This document shows positions 18,241 through 27,337 of a DNA stretch of 64,000 nt, in pieces. Where the stretch lies: contig WGLX01000015.1 of the NCBI GenBank assembly GCA_016125355.1, positions 19,044 through 83,043 of the forward strand. The letters run 5' to 3'. Every line of letters begins with the position of its first letter. Position 1 is the first letter of the stretch. The notes below the pieces were generated by a model. The model had not been told where the DNA came from, made no database searches, and saw only the letters and a list, made by a program, of their open reading frames with translations. The stretch comes from Actinomycetales bacterium. Lineage in GTDB: Bacteria > Actinomycetota > Actinomycetes > S36-B12. The translations under genes and the position numbers were made by a program.

Positions 18241-20040
18241 GTGAGCAGGCGACGTGCACCCGCGGCTCCCTACCGTCGAGGGATGAGCGCGAGACTGCTG
18301 GGGGGCGCACTCGCCCTCACCGTGTGCATGGCGATGATCCCGCTGGGTGCCACTTCTGCGAATGCTGCCGACGGGTCGGGGGACCCGCCGCGCGACCTGA
18401 TCGTCCAGACCTACGGTTCCACGCCGCCGGAGTGGGCGCCCCAGGGCACCGTGATCGCGGCATCCGGCTTCGACCCCGCCTTCGACAGCTTCCCCTTCAC
18501 GAACTACGGGCCGGTGTTCGGAGAGCAGAACGCGCTCCTCGGATACCCGGCGGGCCAGCGCCCTCTCGGCCTGACGGCGGCAGAGGTGCAGAAGCTCTTC
18601 GGGCCGGATGCGTGCACCACGATCCAGAACGGCACGTGCATCCTGAATCCGGCGGTGTCCATGTGGATGGCCTCCATCAACGCCGGAATGGCCGGGGGCC
18701 ATTGCTTCGGGATCGCCGCGGTGGTTGCCGGGCTGTTCAACGGCGTCGTCTCACGTGCCGCTCTCACGCCGTCGTCGGTCAATGCCACGGTGGCCCTGAG
18801 CCCCGCGATGCAGCGGACCATCGCGCAGTGGTTCGCCACCCAGCAGTTCGTGCTCGCCGACGACGACCTGATGGCGGCCGACTTCCTGCCCCCGGACCAG
18901 CTCGTGAACCAACTGGTGCGGTTCCTCCCGTCCGGGCAGCTGCCCTACGTGCTCGCGCTGTTCTGGATAGAGGGCGGACGGCAGGCGGGCCACGGCATCA
19001 CCCCGTATGCGGTGTACTCGCGTGGGCCTGATCTTGTCGACATCGCTGTCTACGACAACAACTATCCGTTGCAGGCCCGCGCGATCCACGTCGACCTGGC
19101 GGCCAACACCTGGGAGTACGAGGTGTTCGCGACCCCGGGCGAGCCGGCCACGATCGCCTCCGGTGACGCCGACTCCCTGAACCTTGGGCTGATCCCGCTG
19201 TCGCAGCTGACGGGTCGGCATGAGTGCGCGTTCTGCGCCCTGGCTCCGGAGGGTCGCAGCCTCCTCATGGTCTCCGGGGCCGCCGACGCGGACGTGGCGG
19301 GCAAGGCGTTCGACGTGCGGGTGCGCACCGCGGACGGGCAGCCCATGAGGGGTGTCCGTGAGCTGCCGCAACTCAGCCCGGACTCGACCTCGCGAAGCTT
19401 CTCCGTCCCGACGTCGGCCGACTACCGCGTCGAGATCGAGGCCCTCCAGCCGGGTACGACGGAGATCGCAGTGGCGTCGTATGCGCCGGGAGACGCCCTG
19501 ACGGCCACCTTCACCGCGCGGAAGGGGGGCGTCGCCGACGTGTCCTTCCGTCAACTGGTCGACCGGGTGCAGATCTCGACCAATCCGAAGGCGGAAGCCG
19601 GGATGGTCTCCATGAACCGGGACCGCCGCACCATCGACTACTCCCTCATGATGTTCAGCGGGAGCAAGGCGTGGGCGAAGGCTGATACTCCCACTCCCGA
19701 CCTCGTCGTGCGGGAGACCAAGGGCGCCGTGGTCGTGGACGTCACGGGCAACGGCGTGACCGAGGGTGCACTCCTGATCAGCAGGATCAGCCCGGCGACG
19801 GGGGTCACCGATGCCATCTCGTCCTTCGACAGGCCCCTGAGGCTTCGGCCGGGCGACTCGATCGTCATTGACACCGCGACGTGGCGCTCCCGAGAGGCAC
19901 CCAGCGCGGTCGTCACGACGGCGAAGGGGACGACCACGAGGCTGAAGCTGATGACGGCCTCGCCGAATCAGAGGAGGCTGGTCGCCGAGCAGCCCTTCGG
20001 CGCCCTGGGGTGCGGATCGCCCTTCGGCTGCGGGCGGTAG
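18241..20040 (+). CDS. Secreted protein of unknown function
   Basis: 599 aa. Signal peptide ...LALTVCMAMIPLGATSANA/ADGS, with an alternative start M15 at 18283. It carries a GGHCFGIA (GxCxG) motif and a beta-rich C-terminal half. No family recognised with confidence. Confidence 0.6.
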   Translation: MSRRRAPAAPYRRGMSARLLGGALALTVCMAMIPLGATSANAADGSGDPPRDLIVQTYGSTPPEWAPQGTVIAASGFDPAFDSFPFTNYGPVFGEQNALLGYPAGQRPLGLTAAEVQKLFGPDACTTIQNGTCILNPAVSMWMASINAGMAGGHCFGIAAVVAGLFNGVVSRAALTPSSVNATVALSPAMQRTIAQWFATQQFVLADDDLMAADFLPPDQLVNQLVRFLPSGQLPYVLALFWIEGGRQAGHGITPYAVYSRGPDLVDIAVYDNNYPLQARAIHVDLAANTWEYEVFATPGEPATIASGDADSLNLGLIPLSQLTGRHECAFCALAPEGRSLLMVSGAADADVAGKAFDVRVRTADGQPMRGVRELPQLSPDSTSRSFSVPTSADYRVEIEALQPGTTEIAVASYAPGDALTATFTARKGGVADVSFRQLVDRVQISTNPKAEAGMVSMNRDRRTIDYSLMMFSGSKAWAKADTPTPDLVVRETKGAVVVDVTGNGVTEGALLISRISPATGVTDAISSFDRPLRLRPGDSIVIDTATWRSREAPSAVVTTAKGTTTRLKLMTASPNQRRLVAEQPFGALGCGSPFGCGR

Positions 20041-20073
20041 GGGCGAACCCGCCCGGGGAAGTATCGTCGTCCC

Positions 20074-20596
20074 ATGCGTGGACGACGATGGACGGCGGCA
20101 TTGGCAGCAGCAGCAGCATTCCTGGTCGGTGCCGCACCCGCGGTGCCGGCGATGGCCGGTGACGTGGCGGCATGCTCGGGTCGGGACCTCGCCGGACGGG
20201 TGACCGGCACGGGCGAAGGCATGAGCCAGCCCGCGGTGTACATCACCGTCACGAACGTGTCGGGCAGCACCTGCATGGTCTCCGGCTACCCGAAGGTGCT
20301 GCGGATGGCCACCGGTAGTGGCCCGAAGCCGTTTTCCGTCACCGAGGACGCGGTCATGAACGCGACGCATCCGCGCCCGCACCGCATCGCGCTGGCACCG
20401 GGGCAGCGGGCATTCTTCGCTCTGGGTGCCGCCACGGCCTACAGCCTCCCGCCGGTGACCTTCCGGCGCGTCACCTTCGCCCCTGTCCCCGGAGCCACCC
20501 CGATGACCGTGCGGATCCAGCTGCCCGCGTCCCGGGATGCGGGCACGCCGTTCCCCATCGGGGTCACGGCGTATCAGCGCGGAGTGGGCAGGACGG

Positions 20597-20604
<8 letters not shown>
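20074..20604 (+). CDS. DUF4232-like secreted protein
   Basis: 176 aa. Signal peptide ending PAMAG. Cys...[22 protein letters not shown] pattern is characteristic of DUF4232. Confidence 0.55.
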
Positions 20605-22063
<1,459 letters not shown>

Positions 22064-22069
22064 CCACGA

Positions 22070-22987
22070 ATGCGGCTCCTCGCCATCGTCGGCCCCACGG
22101 CGTCGGGCAAGTCGGATCTTGCCGTGGCCGTGGCGCGGGCCCTGGGCGGGCCTGCGGAGATCGTCGGCACGGATTCCATGCAGGTCTACCGCGGCATGGA
22201 CATCGGCACGGCAACGCCGACCCGCGAGGAGCAGGGGGGCATCCCGCATCACATGCTCGACGTCTGGGACCCGGACCACGCCGTGACCGTGGCGGAGTTC
22301 CAGGAGCGGGCGCGTGCTGCGATCGACGGGGTGCTCGAGCGCGGGGCCGTGCCCATCGTCGTGGGCGGGAGCGGCCTGTACGTGTCGGCTGTCCTCGACG
22401 ACCTTCGGTTCCCGGGCACCGACCCGGCGATCAGGGCGCGGCTCGAGGAGGAGCTCGACGCTGAGGGTGCCCCGGCCATGCACGACCGCCTCCGGGTGCT
22501 CGATCCCGCGGCCGCGGAGCAGATCCTGCCGAGCAACGGACGCCGCATCGTGCGGGCCCTGGAGGTCATCGAGCTCACGGGAGGCCCGTTCGCGGCCGCC
22601 CTGCCGGAGCCGCAGGAGGTGTACCCGACGGTGAGGATCGGCCTGGACGTGCCGCGGGACGTTATGGACGCGCGGATCGCGAGGCGGGTGGACGCCATGT
22701 GGGCGGCAGGTTTCGTGGACGAGGTCCGTTCGCTGGCGGACGGCGGCCTGGTGGGTACGCCCACGGCCTCCCGGGCACTGGGCTACCAGCAGGTGCTCGA
22801 CTACCTCGACGGGCGGTGCACCGAGGCAGACGCGCGGCAGGCGACCATCGACGCGACGCGGAAGTTCGCGCGGCGGCAGCAGCGGTGGTTCCGACGGGAT
22901 CCGCGCATCACCTGGCTGCCCGTCGATGCCGCCGATCTCGTGGCCGACGTCGTGAGCGCGTGGCGCGCGGCAACCCGATCCGCCTGA
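22070..22987 (+). CDS. miaA: tRNA dimethylallyltransferase MiaA
   Basis: 305 aa. P-loop GPTASGKS. VYRGMDIGTATP. It lies directly after miaB. Confidence 0.92.
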   Translation: MRLLAIVGPTASGKSDLAVAVARALGGPAEIVGTDSMQVYRGMDIGTATPTREEQGGIPHHMLDVWDPDHAVTVAEFQERARAAIDGVLERGAVPIVVGGSGLYVSAVLDDLRFPGTDPAIRARLEEELDAEGAPAMHDRLRVLDPAAAEQILPSNGRRIVRALEVIELTGGPFAAALPEPQEVYPTVRIGLDVPRDVMDARIARRVDAMWAAGFVDEVRSLADGGLVGTPTASRALGYQQVLDYLDGRCTEADARQATIDATRKFARRQQRWFRRDPRITWLPVDAADLVADVVSAWRAATRSA

Positions 22988-23100
22988 CCCGTCCACCTGA
23001 CCCGATCCGCCCTCGGATCCGGTGTTTTCCCGGAAGCGCCCACCCCCTCTTCCGGGCCATCGTGGAGCTGGAGGGAACGAGGGATCGAGGAGGGATCACG

Positions 23101-23523
23101 ATGATGAGGAACGAGTACGAGACGACCTCGTCGGGCACCGATCGCAAGGGCGTCCTGCTCTTCGCGACCCATACTCCGACGACCGGGTATCCCTACGGAG
23201 ACACGCGCACGACCGCGCATCCGGAGCAGCACGGCTGGCGCATCGCCATCCTCGGTGGTACCGCCCTGGCCGTGATCGCCGGTGTGTTCGGCGTCACCGC
23301 GTACCTGAGGGCCCAGGACACCACCTCGGTGAGGGCCACGCAGACGGCAAGCGTGATGGTGCCCGCGAGCGTCTATGCGCAGCAGGTCCCGTTCGCGGCC
23401 CGCGTCGAAGTGCCGCATGCGGCAGCAGGTCTGCTCGCCGCTGACACGGACGCTGCCCTGTCGGCCGCTCGCGCTCAGGTGCCGCAGAGCGTCTACGACG
23501 AGCAGGTGCCGTCCGTGCGCTGA
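23101..23523 (+). CDS. Hypothetical single-pass membrane protein
   Basis: 140 aa with one TM (WRIAILGGTALAVIAGVFGVTAY). C-terminal internal repeat VPASVYAQQVP / VPQSVYDEQVP. No family recognised; coding status is moderately uncertain. Confidence 0.4.
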   Translation: MMRNEYETTSSGTDRKGVLLFATHTPTTGYPYGDTRTTAHPEQHGWRIAILGGTALAVIAGVFGVTAYLRAQDTTSVRATQTASVMVPASVYAQQVPFAARVEVPHAAAGLLAADTDAALSAARAQVPQSVYDEQVPSVR

Positions 23524-23542
23524 GTGCGTCGCGCCGACCGCT

Positions 23543-24313
23543 TCAGTCGGCGACGCGCACGTAGTACTCAGTGCCGAGAAGCAGGGCCACCGCGGGCCGG
23601 GGGAGGCGCGTGAGCACCGCGAGGGTGCGGGTCGTGCCGTCCGCGGTGGCCTGCGACGCATGTGCACGCAGGGCCGACTCCTTGGCGGCGAGATAGGACC
23701 GCACGCCGACCCGATGGGTGATCTGCTTGCGGGGCGTCCACGCCGTGTCGAACTCCGCCGGGTCGAAGTCGTCCGGGGTGAGCCGAGCAGCTGCGGCGAG
23801 GTGAGCGGCGCGCGCGATCGGCTCCCGGGGGAGCGTGGCCTCGAACAGGTTCGGACGCTTCGCGCAGAGGGCCGTCGCTGTACGAACCGAGCGGTGCACC
23901 TGCAGGTGATCCGGGTGCCCGTAGCCGCCGGAGGGGTCGTAGCCGACCAGCACGTCGGCCCCGACGTCGTCGCACACCGCGGCGATGCGCCGACCCACCG
24001 TGAACCGGCCCTCGTGCGAGAAGCCGTCGGCCACCTCGCCCCGCAGTCCGGAATCGGGATAGCCGAGATGGACTGTTCGCTCGACACCCAGGGCCTTCGC
24101 CGACGCCGCCAGCTCCGCCCGCCGGCGAGCGCCGAGGTCATCCGTCAGCTCGCTGGCCGCGAGGCCGGCCTCGCCGTCGGTGGCCACGATGAGGACGACC
24201 CGATGCCCCTCCGCGGCGGCGCGCGCCATCGTGCCCGCGGTGAGCAGGGCCTCGTCGTCGGGATGTGCGTGGACGAACACCAGAGTGCGGGGCGTGCCGA
24301 CCATGATGGGCAT
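23543..24313 (-). CDS. PIG-L (LmbE/MshB-like) family deacetylase
   Basis: 256 aa. N-terminal VFVHAHPDDEA zinc-binding motif and a later HPDH motif. Confidence 0.8.
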   Translation of the reverse strand: MPIMVGTPRTLVFVHAHPDDEALLTAGTMARAAAEGHRVVLIVATDGEAGLAASELTDDLGARRRAELAASAKALGVERTVHLGYPDSGLRGEVADGFSHEGRFTVGRRIAAVCDDVGADVLVGYDPSGGYGHPDHLQVHRSVRTATALCAKRPNLFEATLPREPIARAAHLAAAARLTPDDFDPAEFDTAWTPRKQITHRVGVRSYLAAKESALRAHASQATADGTTRTLAVLTRLPRPAVALLLGTEYYVRVAD

Positions 24314-24334
24314 TGTGTCGTACCGTCGTCACCC

Positions 24335-25468
24335 GTGAGGATCGCCCACGTCACCGACTGCTACCTCCCGCGGACCGGCGGGATCGAGACCCAGGTGCGG
24401 GCGCTCGCGCTGCGGCAGGCCGAGTCGGGCGATGAGGTGCGCGTCATCACGGCGACGCCGGGGCACGAGGACGTGTTCTCCGGGGACGACGTCGTGGACG
24501 GCCTGCCTGTGCACCGCGTGGCCGCGCGACTGCCCTTCGAACTGCCCGTGCATCCGCGCACGCGTCGGGAGGTCGGCCTGCTGCTGGACCGTGAACCCGT
24601 CGACGTCGTGCACGTGCACGCCGGCGTCGTCTCTCCCTTCGCCTGGGGCGCGATCCGGGCCGCGGTGCAGCGGGGGCTGCCGGTCCTCGTGACGGTGCAC
24701 AGCGTGTGGGGCTCGCTCGCCCGGCCCGGCTTCTCCGCCTCGGATGCCGTCGCCAAGTGGTCCGGGTGGGGGGTCACGCTGAGTGCCGTGAGCAGTGTGG
24801 CCGCCCAGAGGATCGAGGCGGCCGTTCCCGGAGCCGGCGAGGTGCTGGTGGTGCCGAACGGCATCGACCCGGCGCTGTGGCATGTCGAGCCGTCGATGGG
24901 GGAGTTCGGTGTCCTCCGCGTGGTCACGGTGATGCGCATGGCGCCTCGCAAGCGGACGCTTCCCTTGGTGCGAGTCCTGGCGGTCGTCCACAAGGCCCTG
25001 CAGCCGGGCACCCGGCTCCAGGCGGTGCTCGTGGGCGACGGGCCGGAGCGCCGGGGGGCGGAGCGATGGGTGCGCTCGCACGACCTGGCGGACGTCATCC
25101 GGTTCACCGGGCGCCTTGAGCGCGAGCAGATCCTCGAGGTCTTCGGCGCCTCGGACGTCTACGTCCAGCCCTCCGTCAAGGAGTCCTTCGGGCTCGCGGC
25201 CCTGGAGGCCCGGACGGCGGGACTGCCGGTCGTGGCGCGCTCGCAGACGGGGACCACCGAGTTCGTCCATGAGGGGGTCGAAGGCCTCCTGGCGGACACC
25301 GACGGCGGTCTCGCGAGTGCCCTGGTACGCCTGGGCCGCGATCCCGGCCTGCTGCACGACCTGAAGGTGCACAACCGCACCACCCCGCCGCTCCAGGCAT
25401 GGCCGCACGTGCTCGAGATCGTGCGCGACGCCTACCGGGTTGCCGCTGCGCGGGCCGGGGGCCGGTGA
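24335..25468 (+). CDS. Glycosyltransferase family 4
   Basis: 377 aa from GTG. N-terminus VRIAHVTDCYLPRTGGIETQV. C-terminal EX7E-like region (SVKESFGLAALEARTAGLPVV). Divergent from the PIG-L gene. Confidence 0.75.
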   Translation: MRIAHVTDCYLPRTGGIETQVRALALRQAESGDEVRVITATPGHEDVFSGDDVVDGLPVHRVAARLPFELPVHPRTRREVGLLLDREPVDVVHVHAGVVSPFAWGAIRAAVQRGLPVLVTVHSVWGSLARPGFSASDAVAKWSGWGVTLSAVSSVAAQRIEAAVPGAGEVLVVPNGIDPALWHVEPSMGEFGVLRVVTVMRMAPRKRTLPLVRVLAVVHKALQPGTRLQAVLVGDGPERRGAERWVRSHDLADVIRFTGRLEREQILEVFGASDVYVQPSVKESFGLAALEARTAGLPVVARSQTGTTEFVHEGVEGLLADTDGGLASALVRLGRDPGLLHDLKVHNRTTPPLQAWPHVLEIVRDAYRVAAARAGGR

Positions 25469-25484
25469 TCACTACCCTGTACGC

Positions 25485-26339
25485 ATGGCGAGGCTGAATG
25501 AGATCCCGTTCGTCAAGGGACATGGCACGGGCAACGACTTCGTCATCATCCCGGACGTCGACGGCCACCTCGATCTGACACCGGAGCAGGTGCGCTGGCT
25601 GTGCGATCGCCGGCATGGCATCGGAGGCGATGGCGTGCTCCGCGTCGTCCGCACCGAGCACGTCCCGGGCTTCGAGGACTTCGCCCCGGTCGCGGAGTTC
25701 TTCATGGACTACCGCAATGGCGACGGCTCGGTCGCGGAGATGTGCGGCAACGGCGCCCGGGTGTTCGTCCGCTACCTGGACGCCACGGGGCTGGTGACCG
25801 ACAACGAGGTCGTCATTGCGACCCGGGGCGGGATGCGCAGCACGACGATCAACCCGGACCGTTCCATCACCATCGACATGGGTATCGCCTCTACCCCGCG
25901 CGCCCGGGCGCTCCCGCACGTGACGGTCGGTGAGCAGTCATGGCCCGCCACGGGCGTGCTCATCCCGAATCCGCATGCCGTGGTGTTCGTGTCCAATCTC
26001 GATGAGGCCGGAGACCTCGCCACCGCGCCGAGCGTCACCCCGGTCGATGTGTTTCCCGAGGGTGTCAACGTCGAGTTCGTCGTGCCCGTGGGTGAGCGCC
26101 ACGTGGCCATGCGCGTCCACGAGCGAGGCGTGGGCGAGACCCTCTCCTGCGGCACCGGCGCCTGTGCTGTGGCGTGGGCGGCGCGACGACACGACGAGGC
26201 CGACGCTCACGGCGAGACCACGTGGCAGGTGGACGTGCCCGGTGGCACGGTGCAGGTCACGGAGACGGCCGCAGGGGCCCTGCTGCTGACGGGCCCGGCC
26301 GACCTGGTCGCCCGCGGGACCGTCCTCCTGCCGTTCTAG
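25485..26339 (+). CDS. dapF: Diaminopimelate epimerase
   Basis: 284 aa. GHGTGNDFVII, with catalytic Cys motifs MCGNGAR and SCGTGACA. Confidence 0.9.
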   Translation: MARLNEIPFVKGHGTGNDFVIIPDVDGHLDLTPEQVRWLCDRRHGIGGDGVLRVVRTEHVPGFEDFAPVAEFFMDYRNGDGSVAEMCGNGARVFVRYLDATGLVTDNEVVIATRGGMRSTTINPDRSITIDMGIASTPRARALPHVTVGEQSWPATGVLIPNPHAVVFVSNLDEAGDLATAPSVTPVDVFPEGVNVEFVVPVGERHVAMRVHERGVGETLSCGTGACAVAWAARRHDEADAHGETTWQVDVPGGTVQVTETAAGALLLTGPADLVARGTVLLPF

Positions 26340-27328
26340 TCGCGATCCACCTCGGTCGTCTGTGCCGGGCTGTCGCCATACGCGTGCGGCGTGTTGTAGC
26401 GGCCACCGTGGATGCCCGCCAGCAGCGATCCCAGCTCCTCCACCTGGTCCGGAGTGAGGCTCAACTCGGATGCGGCGGCGTTCTCCTCCAGGTGCGCGAC
26501 CTTGGACGTGCCGGGGATCGGCACCACGTCGGGCCCCTGGGCGAGGACCCACGCGAGGGCCAGCTGCCCGGGACGGCAGCCGACGCCGTCGGCGAGCTCC
26601 TCGATGCGCTGGACGAGCCGGCGGTTGTGCGCGAAGTTGCCCTCGTCGAATCGGGGCCCCCGCCGCCGGAAGTCGTTCTCGGCCAGCGCCGACACGTCGT
26701 TCAGCGTGCCCGTGAACATGCCCCGGCCGAGCGGGCTGTAGGGGACGATGCCGATGCCCAGCTCCCGTGCGACGGGCAGGACCTCCTCCTCGAGGTCCCT
26801 CGTCCACAGTGACCACTCGCTCTGCAGGGCGGCGATCGGGTGAACGGCGGACGCCCGTCGCAGCGAGTCGGCACTCGCCTCGGAGAGGCCCAGGTGGCGG
26901 GCCTTGCCCGCGGCGACGGCCTCGGCCATGGCGCCGACCGTCTCCTCGATCGGGATGCCGGGGTCGACCCGATGCAGGTACCACACGTCCACGTGATCGG
27001 TGCCCAGTCGTTGCAGGCAGGCATCGATGGCGCGACGGGCGTTCTCCGGGCTGCCGTCGTTGCCACCCTCGCGCCGGAAGCCGAACTTGGTGGCGACCAC
27101 GATGTCCGCCCGATGCCGCCCGAGCAGGGGCGCGAGGAGCTCCTCATTGGCGCCCCACCCGTAGGCCTCAGCGGTGTCCCAGAAGGTGACCCCCAGCTCA
27201 AGGGCGCGCTCCAAGGTGTCCGCGGCCGCGACCGGATCGGCCGGGCCGTACGAGGAGGACATAGGCATGCAGCCGAGCCCCACGGCGCTCACCCGAAGTC
27301 CAGAGCGACCGAGCTCGCGCGTCTGCAT
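26336..27328 (-). CDS. Aldo/keto reductase
   Basis: 330 aa. GLGCMPMS, FWDTAEAYG, and VATKFG with the catalytic Lys context. Confidence 0.85.
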   Translation of the reverse strand: MQTRELGRSGLRVSAVGLGCMPMSSSYGPADPVAAADTLERALELGVTFWDTAEAYGWGANEELLAPLLGRHRADIVVATKFGFRREGGNDGSPENARRAIDACLQRLGTDHVDVWYLHRVDPGIPIEETVGAMAEAVAAGKARHLGLSEASADSLRRASAVHPIAALQSEWSLWTRDLEEEVLPVARELGIGIVPYSPLGRGMFTGTLNDVSALAENDFRRRGPRFDEGNFAHNRRLVQRIEELADGVGCRPGQLALAWVLAQGPDVVPIPGTSKVAHLEENAAASELSLTPDQVEELGSLLAGIHGGRYNTPHAYGDSPAQTTEVDRD

Positions 27329-27337
27329 GCCTCGATC

